From Octopus bimaculoides (Eukaryota): 52,112 bases of DNA. Below are positions 1-12,405 of the stretch, piece after piece. The stretch's first letter is position 1. Each line of letters opens with the position of its first letter. The stretch lies in contig NC_068985.1 of NCBI RefSeq assembly GCF_001194135.2, positions 5,799,713 to 5,851,824 of the forward strand. Direction: 5' to 3'. The translations under genes and the position numbers were made by a program. The notes below the pieces were generated by a model, which was not told where the DNA came from, did no database searches, and saw nothing but the letters and a program-made list of their open reading frames with translations.

Positions 1-352
1 TCAGTCCTACTTCGTGGCACCTTGGGCAAGTGTCTTCTACTATAGCTTCGGGCCGACCAAAGCCTTCTGAGTGGATTTGGTAGACGGAAACTGAAAGAAG
101 CTCGTCGTATATATATGTATATATATATATGTGTGTGTGTATTTGTGTGTCTGTGTTTGTCCCCCCACCATCGCTTGAAAACCGATGCTGGTGTGTTTAC
201 GTCCCCGTAACCTAGCGGTTCGGCAAAAAGAGACCGACAGAATAAGTACTAGGCTTCCAAAGAAGAAGTCCTGGGGTCGATTTTCCCGACTAAAGGCGGT
301 GCTCCAGCATGGCCGCAGTCAAATGACTGGAACGAGTAAAAGAGTAAAAGAG
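1..352 (+). mobile_element. SINE family A copy (tRNA-headed; 5' end cut by window edge)
   Basis: Body 'ggcaccttgggcaagtgtcttctactatag...gtggatttggtagacggaaactga', internal (TA/TG)n and tail 'ccagcatggccgcagtcaaatgactg...gtaaaagag' recur in about 10 other copies in the window. Confidence 0.9.
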
Positions 353-372
353 TATATATATATATATATATA

Positions 373-423
373 GGCGCAGGCGTTATTGTGTGTTAAGTAG
401 CTTGCTAACCAACCACACGGTTC
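373..423 (+). mobile_element. SINE family A 5' head fragment
   Basis: 'ggcgcagg...gtgtgttaagtagcttgctaaccaaccacacggttc' matches the head seen at 50762-50850 (minus). Confidence 0.7.
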
Positions 424-907
424 ATAACGACTTTACCAAATCGCTGCCTTAATTTTACAATATTATCAGAAATATGGTTCAAGAGATTTCATACGGACAT
501 CATTCCTGCACGTTTCAAAGTTTGCTAGGGTATTCCTGTAGCCCTTTAGCTATGCAATAACCCGAATACATGCAATATTTTTCATCAAATTGGAAATACT
601 TGTATCATACGTCACTTGTAATCGGAGATATAAAAGATAGATCGGCCATTGCTATCCATTTATCTTGTCTGGTTTGCAATATGTTTTTCATTGACTTTCA
701 GATATGTCTTAAGCTAATATATAGATGGAATTTAGGCGATCGAAATATTCGTACTTAAATTCATAATTATCAGACATTAGAAAATTGCTTTCCAACACGC
801 ATCTGTTGTTTTATTTTCCCCTTGTTCATATAATGAGTGTCCATAGCTAAATAGGATGATGAAAAATATATCGAACAAAAATGTAAATAAAATGATAATG
901 ATTTTAA

Positions 908-1086
908 ATTTTGGCACAAGGCCAGCAGTATGTGAGGAGAGAGTGAGATGTTGATTACGTTGATCTTAATCCTTAACAGGTATTTATTTAATCGAACCCA
1001 ACAGGTTAATAGGCGAAGTCAACCACGGCGGAATTTCATCATAGAATATAAAGACAGAAAAAACCCGCTTAGCATTTCGCCGCCAA
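908..1086 (-). mobile_element. SINE family B copy, diverged
   Basis: 'ttttggcacaaggccagc...atcgaacccaacagg...ggcggaattt...cttagcatttcgcc' aligns with other family B copies. Confidence 0.75.
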
Positions 1087-2424
1087 ACTGTTCTTTTTAA
1101 TAATGTAGCTTCGAATTTTCCCTCCTCGAAGACAATACCCAGATATGTCTCTATCCTGTGGAATACTTAAATATACTATAGAAAAATACAAGTTAAGGAT
1201 TTTGAAACCTGAAAGTTCCTAACATCAACTGGAAACTATATCAGGAGATACCTGAATAGAAAAAGAAAAGAGGAAGAGCGATCTAGTGAATCGGTCTAGC
1301 ATCAGTACTGACAGTTTTTCAAGTATGTTATGAAATGAAATGCATCTGTAATATAACAACCACGAAAAAAATGACAAACTAGTGCTTCAAGGCATGGATA
1401 ATATAATACATGCTGGACGTGATTCCCTTCCATTTGAGAGACACTCAACTTCTTATGATATCCAAGACTTGCTAGATACTTCTAGGTTTCACAAAAAACA
1501 CAGTAAAGATATATAGCGGATTTGTGCTGATATTTAAGCCGGACATTTGTGAAGTATATTAACATTGACAAGCACAGTAGCCCTTCTAGTATTTCTGACC
1601 AATACAATATCAAGGTTATAATTTTTATCTAACAGCATGTGTTGGTTGCAAGATAAATTCTAGAACGAATGTGTTAGTGAAGCCGTTAATCTCTAAAGAT
1701 GTAATTGAAAATGTCAAATTTGGTTGTGTATACGCGGAAGAGATTACATATGATCAGTAGCCATTGCAAAATGTCATGTACATATTATTTTACAGTTTTT
1801 TGTTTTGTTCTGATGTTGCTATAACAACATATACAAATACTATGTAGAGAAGACAGTCTTGTAATAAATATTCAACAAAAAATACTACTGATATCTAACT
1901 ACATTCGCAAAATACAATGCGAGACTATATGGAATTAAAATTTTGTCGCAAGGCCAGTAAGCTCAGTTGACGGGGTCAATTATAACGATACCGCTCAGCA
2001 TATTGTTGACAGCTTTCTATAAAACAATATATATGCAGGTTCAATATAGTTGTTTGGACGGAGACCAAACTTTATATGTGGTGGACAACAGCCGGTGAGC
2101 CGTCTGTAGATATTAGTGAAATTGGCATCACAATTTTAACGACAATCATTGCTGGATTTCGTTACCAAATACTTCTGGTAAGCTGAAAGACAAATAAGCT
2201 TTACAAAAGAGACTAATATCAAAATCTTTCTGAATAAGGAAAAGTGAAAATATGTGATAATGATTAGCATAAATTATGTAATAATGATTACCATAGTTTA
2301 TGTTCTTATTTGTGTAAATTCTTATGTGAATATATCGTGTCTTAGGAACATATTTTAGGGAAATGGATTCAAATTTTAAAATGAACATAGAGGAGTCCTT
2401 TATCTTTTGTTGTTCACTTGTCCT

Positions 2425-2793
2425 TGTCATTAGACTGTGACCATGCTGGGGCACCGTCTTGAAAGAATCAATCTATACAAATCTACTTCAAAACTAATCT
2501 TTAAGCCCAGTATATTTTCCATCGGGCACATATTCCGAACCGCTAACACAAGGGGACGTAAACGCACGAACACCGCTTGTCAAACGTGGGGGTGGAGACA
2601 AACACAAAGACACATACACCATATATTCAATGGGCTTCAACTCATTTTTATGTCAATCAGATTAAGTCACAAGGTCTTGGTCGATCCGAGGTCATAGTAG
2701 AAGGCATTTGGCCAAGATGCCACCCAATGGAACTGAACTCCAATCTACACGGATTCAAAAGCGTTTCTTAACCATACAGCCATACTCATACCT
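2425..2793 (-). mobile_element. SINE family A, near full length, diverged
   Basis: Reverse-strand match from tail 'ccatgctggggcaccg' to head 'ttcttaaccatacagccatactcatacct'. Confidence 0.85.
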
Positions 2794-2850
2794 AATATCC
2801 AAGCAAATATCTGTAGGGATTTGACAGAACCGCTATACCTAAAAATATTT

Positions 2851-2866
2851 CTTTCTTTCTCTCACT

Positions 2867-2897
<31 letters not shown>

Positions 2898-2925
2898 CTC
2901 TCTGTCTCTGTCTCTCTGTCTCTCG

Positions 2926-2959
<34 letters not shown>

Positions 2960-2982
2960 GTCTCTCTCTCCCTCTCTCTCTC
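2851..2982. repeat. (CT)n/(CTGT)n compound microsatellite
   Basis: Directly visible. Confidence 0.95.
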
Positions 2983-3280
2983 TGCTGTAATGTTCAACAG
3001 TTTCTAAGGTCGACATTGTCATTGCTCCGTTTAGAATCGATAAATAAATCATTAACCCTGTACTGAATCGATTCTTCCTCCCTAATTATTTTCCGTCTTG
3101 AAAGAAAAAGATATTGCTGTATTTACCCGGAGTGTGGGATGGATTCCTCTGGGCTAAGAAACACCAAAGACGTTTTTACGACGGTAGCCCTTCGATTTAT
3201 TAGGTGTTTGAATGCTTAAGAAAGGAAGTGGCTGCATAAAACCCCTGAAGGCCTTGTTGGTGTGTAGTACTATATTTCAT

Positions 3281-3557
3281 CTTTGATCTTTTACGTCTTT
3301 CACTGATTTCACTGTGGCCATGCTGGGGCACCACTTTGGAGGATTTCAGTCGAATGACTCGACCTTAGATCATTTTGTTCTTCACAGTAAAGTACTTATT
3401 CTATCGGTCACTTATGCCGAACTGCTAAGTTACCAGTACGTAAACATACCGACATTAAGAGGTGACGGGAGACTAACACAGACACACACACACAAACACA
3501 CTGACATATATATATTCGAAGGATTCCATCAGTTTCCTTCTATCAAATCTACTCATA
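3281..3557 (-). mobile_element. SINE family A 3' two-thirds
   Basis: 'ggccatgctggggcaccac...agtacttattctatcggtc...ccgaactgctaagtta...tatcaaatctactcata'. Confidence 0.8.
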
Positions 3558-3573
3558 ATTATTATCTACTCAT

Positions 3574-3925
<352 letters not shown>

Positions 3926-5229
3926 ATTATAACTATTAATCTAACCTTTGCAATGTTTACATCTATTATAAATTTCCGATCGTCATGAGAGTTGTCATTA
4001 CCGAATATGAACACTGTCTCACCTTATATTTCAAAGAGGAATCTTCGTTTCTAACAAAGTGTCGGTGATTAAACACTCACATAAGGTAAATGGATATAAC
4101 TAGTATTAGTTAGAAATATCTGCCTAGAAGTTAGCTAATGATGATCTGGGTGAAGCCAATGGGAGAAAAAGGGATCATAATGTAGATATAAATATTGTAA
4201 GAATATGCAATGTTAACTTTAAATACGAAGGTATTAGTCAGGAAATATAAGACATTGAAACATTTAATAAAACAACCAATAATATACATAATCAAATGCG
4301 TCGACTTTTTTAGACCCTAGGCTGTCATTTGAAAGGGATTTAGGGGTAAATTTTGAAGATCAAGGATCTGTGTAGAAGCTTTCAGAGTATGAGTTTAATT
4401 GTATATCCGTTTAGATGAAACAATCAGACACGCTCATCTAATCTGAAATTTGTTCCAAAGCATCATAAGGAAGTATTTGAAATCGGTGGTTAATATTCCT
4501 TTTTAGCTATCAATTATTTACTGATGAAGTGCTTAAAGCCGTTTCTGTGAAAGCATGTTGTATACTGATAGAAGTGGTAATCTCTAAGAGCAACGTTAAT
4601 CCATCACAATTTAACATACATACACAACACATACCTTCACATAACAGCATGTACGATTCAGCAGATATAAATGAAAAACCGAATACGATTGCAATACATC
4701 CTCATGCAAGCGCAGGTGCTTACAGTAACACCCATATTAAAGTCATTAATACCTAAATCTTTTGAAGAAAATGCTTGAAGTGATTTCAGTCCATTGATAA
4801 ATTTCACATTCATTTTGAATTTCACATACTACCTGGAAGTGTGTCTGTGTTGCTCGCTGTACTAGAAATAATGGTTAAATTTCCCTCATATATTGTAGCT
4901 TCTTCAAAATGTATAAACTGAGTTACTGCTGTTTCGGAATACACAATTCCTAGAAGCAAAAGGGTTTCACGGTTTCATTATTTGTGGCTTTGAAAGCCAG
5001 ATTATTTGTCCTTCGTAGAAAGCATCGTTTAAATCGTCTGGTCAAGATCTAGTTTCCTTGGGGCGCTGGAGAATTTCTTTGAGGCGAAAGTGTTCGACAT
5101 GGAAGGAATACAAGGTTAAACAAGAGCATGTGTTGATCACGATAAATCAGTGGGATACACGTCGACATCTGGATATGTATATAAAACTAGGATAATGTTA
5201 CGGGTATGCTATTCTGTTACATTAACAAG

Positions 5230-5780
5230 GGGCATAACCTGGGACGGCGTTTGTGAATGCATACGTCACCTCCATTCTCTCATTGCCGCCTAACATTTCA
5301 ACCTTGTTCTAGTTTGAAACTTTCACGTCTGCTGCGAAAATCTGCTCTGAGCCTGCGGTACGCTGGCGATTCGTGGCAATGCATATATGGTGTTACACCT
5401 ACAGGAATTTGTGAATAGTGAACTGTGTACTGTCAATCAAACACGTTTTCTATACAAGTGCCTTCTATGTGGGCTGTGGTCAGACGTTCAAACTTCTTAA
5501 ACTAACGGGCAACCGTTGCACTTCAGATCGGTCCCATGGTGGGTAATCAACCGAAAGATTAATTTCAGAGGAATTTATGTACGGGGAGTATGGGAGGTTT
5601 CCAGCAACGACTTCTACAGTGAGATACTACCGATTCAAGATAAGCTCTATCAGCACAGAACCGCCATCGGCTGCGCCTGTCCGAGATGCGCGCAGAGCTA
5701 CAAATGTATTTTGCACGCCCACATACACTGTCTCCAGTTTTACTACTTCATATCAAACAGCTGTTACCGCATGCACGACC
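5230..5780 (+). mobile_element. Degraded L1/Tx1-like non-LTR retrotransposon ORF2 fragment (zf-RVT region)
   Basis: ORF 5516-5854 contains LPIQDKLYQHRTAIGCACPRCAQSYKCILHAHIHC, fitting the LP..DKL...CPRC....H....C zinc-binding motif C-terminal to L1/Tx1 RT. The upstream boundary is uncertain. Confidence 0.55.
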
Positions 5781-5962
5781 TAATCGACTGGACCCTCCCA
5801 AAAATTGCAGTCCTAGTGACAAAATTTGAAGCATTTGATCCGTCTTTGTTCTGAGTTCAAATCCCACCGAGGTCGACTTGACTTTTTATCCTTTCAGGGT
5901 CGATATAAACGACTAGCGCCCCCACCAAAATTTCAGGCTTGTACCTTTAGTAGAAAGGATTG
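5781..5962 (+). mobile_element. Two adjacent SINE family B fragments (tail 5781-5828; body and tail 5830-5962)
   Basis: 'gttctgagttcaaatcccaccgaggtcgac...cagggtcgat...aaaatttcaggcttgtacctttagtagaaagg'. Confidence 0.8.
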
Positions 5963-6366
5963 TTATTATTAAAAATGTTATTGCTATTGGTGTTGTTGTC
6001 CATCATAATGCTTGTGTGTTTTTGCTTTCGTTAAAGATTCCTTTTTCAAAAATTACTAACCAAAACATCTTTGTTCGGAGTACTTGCCAATAAAGATTTA
6101 GATGCCTGTGGATGTTAGGCACGATACCCAGAGGGTGGACGAAAAGGAAATCCATTTACAGACTTCATATTTTATTTGCTTACACATTTTGACGGTGTTT
6201 TTTTACATCGAAATGTCAAGGAGACAAACGGTACGATGCGCTAAACAACAAAACGAAACCAATACAACACTGTACCGAAGAATTATGAAGCCAGAGGATA
6301 ATTATATTTCATATTTCATCATATTAATGAACAATCACTACAAAACTAAAGGAAAAAAAATCATCA

Positions 6367-6502
6367 GGCGCCGGCATCGTTATGTGGCAAGAAGTATACT
6401 TCCCAACCACTGGGTTCCAGGTTCAGGCCCACTGTGGAGCACTTTGAGTAGGTACATTATCAGTGGATTTGGGAGATGAAAATTGAAAACGCCCGTTGTA
6501 TG

Positions 6503-6540
<38 letters not shown>
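6367..6540 (+). mobile_element. SINE family A 5' half ending in (TA)n
   Basis: Head 'ggcgccggcatcgttatgtggcaagaag...ggttcaggcccactg', then 'gtggatttgggagatgaaaattgaaaacgcccgttg'. Confidence 0.75.
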
Positions 6541-6543
<3 letters not shown>

Positions 6544-6621
6544 GTTGCTCCATTCTTCAAGTAAATACATAAACTACGGTTTAAGCAACATATTACCTGC
6601 CTCTGGACGCCCTCTTCCCAA

Positions 6622-6803
6622 GACGGTACCCATACAGGTGATCCCCAGGAGTGCCTCCGGATTTAAACATCACTTGGTTGCTTGGATGCTTCAGACTACC
6701 CCTGAAGGATCGAGGCAAACCTACCACTTACCTGAAGCATCCAAGCAACCAAGGGATGTTTAAATCCGGAGGCATCCTGGGGATCACCTGTATGGGTACC
6801 GTC
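6622..6803. repeat. Near-perfect long inverted repeat (73/72 bp arms, 37 nt loop)
   Basis: The left arm 6622-6694 is the reverse complement of 6732-6803 apart from 1 mismatch and 1 indel. The right arm runs into the N-gap at 6804. Confidence 0.95.
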
Positions 6804-6919
6804 NNNNNNNNNNNNNNNNNNNNNNNNNNNNNNNNNNNNNNNNNNNNNNNNNNNNNNNNNNNNNNNNNNNNNNNNNNNNNNNNNNNNNNNNNNNNNNNNN
6901 NNNNNNNNNNNNNNNNNNN

Positions 6920-7125
6920 GTATGTGTGTGACTTTGTGTCTGTGTTTGACTCTTACTACCGCTTGACAATATGTGTCGGATTGTATACGTCGTTTTGACT
7001 TAGCAGTTCAGCCATAGTCACCGATAGAAAAAGTACCGGGCTGTGAAACAATTAGTACTGGAGTTGATTCATTCGAATAAAGTTTCATGAAGCCCGTGCC
7101 CCAGCATGGCCGCAGTTTAATGCCT
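6920..7125 (+). mobile_element. SINE family A 3' half
   Basis: 'gtgtctgtgtttg...accgcttgacaa...gacttagcagttc...ccagcatggccgcagtttaatgcctgaaacaagtaaaagataaaa'. Confidence 0.85.
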
Positions 7126-7141
7126 GAAACAAGTAAAAGAT

Positions 7142-7184
<43 letters not shown>

Positions 7185-8526
7185 TACACATGTCTGTGTA
7201 AATGCGCGTGTATCTGTAATTCTATTTCCTATGTATCTTTCTAAATAAACATACACAAACACATATACACTCACTCACATATATAAATATATTTTACACA
7301 TACACACAAATATTCACATTCCTCCATTTTACACGCACACACACACACACACACAGATTTGAAGCGCTGTTTGATTTTTGTTTCACCGTTGACTTTTCAC
7401 CACCTCGCTTCCATCGGTGGATCACACCTTACTTTCTCATTCATATGTTGCGACAGAGAAATACACGAGTATTATTATAGGAGAAGATACACGACGCTCA
7501 CTTTGCCACTCCGCCCCTCTCTCTCTTTCTCTTTCTCTCATTGCTATTACTTTCTGTCACTCGCTCTGTCATGGCTATTATTATTGTCACTACTTCTCCT
7601 TCACTGAATTACTATTTTCTCTCCTCTCACCCCTACTGCGTCATTTTGGATAAATATATATATACAAATATATAAAAAAAAACTCTACGCTCATTATTAT
7701 ATTAGGAGATGGGTTCAATCTAAAAATAAATAAGTTATCAGCTGTTAAAATATGAATAAAATTTGAGGGCACAACCAGCACGCGCGTGTGTGTGTAAAAA
7801 TATCCTGCGATTTTATAAGTGAAATATTTTAATTCAAAAATGGGAACGACAGAATGATAATCAAGCGCTCACTAAAGTTTTTCGCAAATGAATGGAGAAC
7901 CGGAACACCTTGGAATAATGTTAAGCTACTTACTATACACTCAAAAGTGTTAACGGGTGCGTTTCGGTGTATCAGAACAGATAAGGAAAATGGCGCATGT
8001 CATACACTCACCTACGTGCACAAGTACACAAGCATACAGACGCACACACATAGACACACACACACATGCACATTCACACATATATATGTAGAAAAACTGA
8101 AAGGAAGAGGTGAAGTAACCAGAGAATTATATAGTGAAAAGCAGAACTATGTAAAAATATGAATTATTATTGATAATTTTAAAGATACACTGAAGAAATT
8201 AGTTAATATACAGACGAGAAATGTGCAGTTGATTTCTGCGCAAACGAAATAAATTAACTTTGTTTTTGACTCGTTAAATGCAGGCATTCATTAAACGTGT
8301 GTGAATGGTTGAGAATGTCTCTCTGTGCATTTATTTGTCCGTGTATGTATTTAGTATGAGTGTCATAACTTCGCTTGTATTATTAATATGTAGTTGTCTG
8401 TGTATAATGTATATTTGTGAGACCTTAACATTCTCGGCGTTTTTTTTTTTGTTGAGATTTCGTCGTCTATCCATTTGATGGACGACTAAATAGGATGTAA
8501 TAGTTGATACAATAACGCTTTCAAGG

Positions 8527-8708
8527 TTTTGCCACAAAGACAGATTGGGGAAGGGATTAAGTGGATTACGACGACCCCAGTGCATAACTGGTACTTATTT
8601 AATCGACCCCGAATGGATGAAAGGCAAAGTCGACTCGGCGGAATTTGAACTCAGAACGTAAAGACTGACGAAATACCGTTAAGCATTTCGACCGGCGTGC
8701 TAACGTTT
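8527..8708 (-). mobile_element. SINE family B copy (extreme head missing)
   Basis: 'ggcaaagtcgactcggcggaatttgaactcagaacgta...aagcatttcgaccggcgtgctaacgttt'. Confidence 0.9.
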
Positions 8709-8710
8709 GT

Positions 8711-8941
8711 TATTTCTTTATTGCCCACAAGGGGTTAAGCATAGAGGGGACAACCTAGGATAGACAGAAGGATTAAGTGGATTACGACGACCCCAGTGCG
8801 TAACTGGTACTTAATTTATCGATCTCGAATGGATGAAAGGCAAAGTCGACCTCAGCGGAATTTGAACTCAGAACGTAACGGCAGACGATATACCGCTAAG
8901 CATTTCGCTCGGCGTACTAACGTTTCTGCCAGATTGCCGCC
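8711..8941 (-). mobile_element. SINE family B full-length copy, 'tatttctttattgcccacaagggg' tail variant
   Basis: The reverse strand gives a tRNA-like head 'ggcggcaatctggcagaaacgttag' and a B-box 'gagttcaaattcc'. Confidence 0.92.
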
Positions 8942-9479
8942 TTAATAATTGATGTCATAACGTGTTAATTGTTTCAGGATTTTGGTTCCCGATATCCCAT
9001 AAATTATTTTAGGCAATGGGCTTGTGTGGAAATGTACGTAAGTGGATGCATCTTATAGTCACACTGTACGAGTTTTTTTCTCTTTAAATCCGTTTATACA
9101 TAAACAGAGTTTGGATTATAATGGTATATAGATGTCTCCTGGACAATTAAGTCTTGTTTTTGCCAGAATCCTGGTTTGGACGCTAAAACAAGAGAAACGA
9201 AAGAAAGAATTGAATTCTACTTAGTCCAATTACCTGCTGTTTTAAATTAATATTATTTGCTTAAACTACAATACCATAAATTTGTAGTAAAGGGTAAAAT
9301 AGTTTGAATCAACTCTGGCACCAGTTTATTACTTATTTCTGAACTTAACGACTTAAGAAGAATTAATTCAAAATGAAAGGCAAAGTCTGTACTGGAAGCA
9401 TTTCAATGCACAGCGTAAGAGTAATTCTTCAAAATATTTAGTTGTTTTCATTTCTGTCTCTACAACTTTACTGAAGTAA

Positions 9480-10270
9480 TTTTAACAACTGCCATATTAA
9501 AAATTGATAATGTTTACTTCACTAGCTACAAGGCTTCCGAATGATGTAAGAAAATCCCTAAAGACAAGGCTTACATGTAAGTGTGATACGGGGCAGGTAT
9601 GTTTATAATGATGAGAGAGTTGTATAAAAAACAGATACAATCCAAGTGGGTGAAAACTACAAATATATAAAGGCATAAATTATTACAAATAATTACAAAT
9701 AAAATATATATAATAAAGCATTAAGTACATGAAAATAGAATTTAATTAGGAAAAGAAACATGGAAAACATTTTCGGTTACCGTCAACCCAAGAGTGAGAA
9801 ACCGTTGATTAGATTATGTAGGATACAAACCTTCCCACCTGGTATTGCTTCTTCTACAATCTTTCCCACCAAGAAGTTGTAGTGTTGTCCGAAGACGCTG
9901 GTGTAGGATACAAACCAAGTCCTTTAATATACGTCTTTGTTAACCCATTATAAATGATTTTTATTTTTGGTAATCAACATTTCGCTTTCTGATTTTCTCC
10001 TGTATTATTAACTTGAATACGAAGACAATCCTGCAAATCTCACCGACAACAAATATGTGCTTAGGTTTCTCAGATTTTGGTTTGGTGTCGAGAGAAAATG
10101 CGGGGTAGAATTGTTACTCTGAGAAAGAATATTATTCATGATGTTCGATTCACTTTTTTGTTTTCTCTTGGTGCAAACCATTATTCTTTTGCGGCATCCT
10201 TGTGATCCTTTGTAGATGCTGGTCTACAACATTTTCTCCGCAATTATCACCTGTCTCGTAAGACAAGACA
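9480..10270 (-). mobile_element. Highly degraded Penelope-like element (GIY-YIG region and 3' flank)
   Basis: Minus-strand fragments RKRI/WFAP (cf. RKR.IIWFNPP), GEICRIVFVFK and IIYNGLTKTYIK...SWWERL occur in the order expected for the PLE C-terminal endonuclease. Many stops and frameshifts. Confidence 0.45.
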
Positions 10271-10412
10271 TAGAATATTACGACTACTTTTTAGTGTTGC
10301 AGGGACTAACAAGTAGTTAGGCTGTTGGTTCTGCTGTGACACGCTCTTTTCCTGCTTTTCCTCCTCACAGTCACTGCTCAGAAGAAAGGCCGGATCTATT
10401 CCATCTCAATTA

Positions 10413-11091
10413 CAGATTTTTAAAGTTAATTTTTAAAACTTCGAATACTGGTAGAATTTCTCACGTAGAACATGGTTTACTCTGAACGTTTTTGACAAAA
10501 TTTCCTATTTTAGAAGTTATTTCGTGTTAAAGTTGGATTTGGTTAATTTCAACCAATCAACGACGCGTATTCGGTTGAAGAAAGCTACTGTTGTTTGTGA
10601 TAGTAATCGAAGAACAACTTTCGGGTCATCTCTACTAAATGTCGCCACTCTGTTCGAAGAATCAACACCATAGAGCAACGAGTCCCCAGCTAGCTTTTTT
10701 GTTCTTGACGTATATGTAGTTTCAAAATGCCTTATTTTACAACTGTGAGACGTATTGTTATTGTCATGATTTTATCTCACTATAATCAGCAACAAACACA
10801 TTTCGTGAATATAAAAGTTTTTATTAGATAAAAAAAATAACATTATCAAAACATGAAAGTAAAAACAAAACAAATAGCGGCTTCTACACCGGAATATATA
10901 GTAATTGTAGTGGCAGTGACAAGTTCGCTAGCTGGTTGCTAATTGATAGTATAGAAGGGAAGGGAAAGAGTAAGGAATGCACAGTGCTAACTAGAAAGGC
11001 TAAAGGTGACGTCATCTTCGCTCGCGTACGAATAGAACAGAATAAAGTGTTCTACGTGAGAAATTCTACCAGTATTCGAAGTTTCAAACTG
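10413..11091. mobile_element. MITE, probably Tc1/mariner superfamily
   Basis: Perfect 37 bp inverted repeat at 10436-10472 / 11048-11084. Outer ends CAG...CTG flanked by TA (10411-12, 11092-93). No internal ORF. Confidence 0.8.
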
Positions 11092-12225
11092 TATAGTTAA
11101 AAGAAATTAATCAAAAAGTTTGTGATTGAGATGGAATAGATTTGAAAGAGCCTTGAGTCTTCCTGTTCAGCTTCTAATGGGATAATCCTTTCACTAACTC
11201 CAATGTTTATACAGCTGGTGCAGTTGAAGCAGCGACCCCTGAATTCTGTTTTGATTTTGTACTCGCTTTGTATTTTTTGTTTTTGAAAAACCACTCAAGT
11301 CATTGTTGCTTTTGTTAGTACAACAGCTGAGCCTTCTTCGCTGCACTGCAATTTTACTGCGTTAATTTCTGCGCTCATAACGGGTTAGAACTCCGGAAAA
11401 GCTCTGTGTTGTCGAGCGGGTCACAAGAATTGACTGGCATACATCATATTTCGTAAGTTGCGCATTTATCACAAAGATAAAAAAACGCAAGCCAGGGATT
11501 GATATCGGTACAAATGACCCTTACGGCTACCTTTGTTACATTCGCATATTTCTTGGTAGGAGGGGTACAGTGAATGAAGAAGAGTATCACCTACCTGAAT
11601 GTTTCTTTTTTTTTCTGTAGGAAATTGGGTGTTTTAAATTTCTTTTCTGTGTTGGATTCCTTGGGGAGACACCGAAATAACTTGTTCACGGTCTTTAACG
11701 CCACATCGGAAACTCTCATTTACTTGTATCTCTTTAATGGTAACCTTTCCAATTCCAGGTTTATTCATTGTGTTTTTATTGAAACCCCCGACCCCCTCTA
11801 TGTCCATATCTCCACTGGTTGCTATGTATGTAAGCACTTTTTAAATTTTTCTTCCTACTAATACAAAGTTGGGTGTGATTTGCTATGGTTGGATATACGT
11901 ACTTTGTTGGTGCTGTTTTCGTTCTGGTTTTTGTTGGGTTTCAAGTGATTGTCAGCTGGTTTACTTTTGTGTTCATTGTTGCTTTGATGCTGTTTTCTTT
12001 TTGCTGCTGTTAGTAGAAGTGATTCTGTTAGTAATGGTGTATTTGCTGTTGTATTAGCATTCTCTGAGATCAATATGAGAACCGTGTTCTGAGTTTTGTT
12101 CCTTTTCGTTTGGTCTGTTTTCACAAGGATTTTCTTGGTTCCTCTCATTCTCATTGGATGTATGATCGGAAGACTCCTACTCGAACGAGAACAAGACCAT
12201 GTTTTCTTGTAGTTATTTATGTTTG

Positions 12226-12405
12226 TGCACAAGGCCAGCATATTCAGAAGACAGATTAAGTCGATTACGTCGACCCCAGTGTTCGACAACTGGGACGAAA
12301 AGCAAAGGCAATGTCGAAGGAATCTGAAGAGGAGGACATGGAGGTGAACTGAGTATTGGTAAGAATTTTGTCTGTTGTGGTAATGCTTCTGCTTGCCGGC
12401 TTAAT
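12226..12405 (-). mobile_element. SINE family B, rearranged and diverged
   Basis: 'gcacaaggccagc...gattaagtcgattacgtcgaccccagtg...aatgcttctgcttgccggc'. Confidence 0.6.

Noticed and set aside
1636-1760. Possible terminal exon (acag|CATGTGTTGG..., about 41 open codons); similar candidates at 23641 and 33326
   Set aside because: No matching upstream exon and no recognisable peptide; this length is expected by chance in AT-rich DNA.
9526-9596. Exon-like segment (ctag|...cag|gtatgt, open frame TRLPNDVRKSLKTRLTCKCDTGQ)
   Set aside because: It lies in the 3' flank of the Penelope-like remnant and has no recognisable product, so it is probably coincidental.
11100-12230. Minus-strand coding-like pieces with a possible zinc-knuckle remnant and a strand-skewed low-complexity tract (possible Tx1 ORF1)
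   Set aside because: The motifs are weak and their order is inconsistent with a single ORF1; not supportable without a search.
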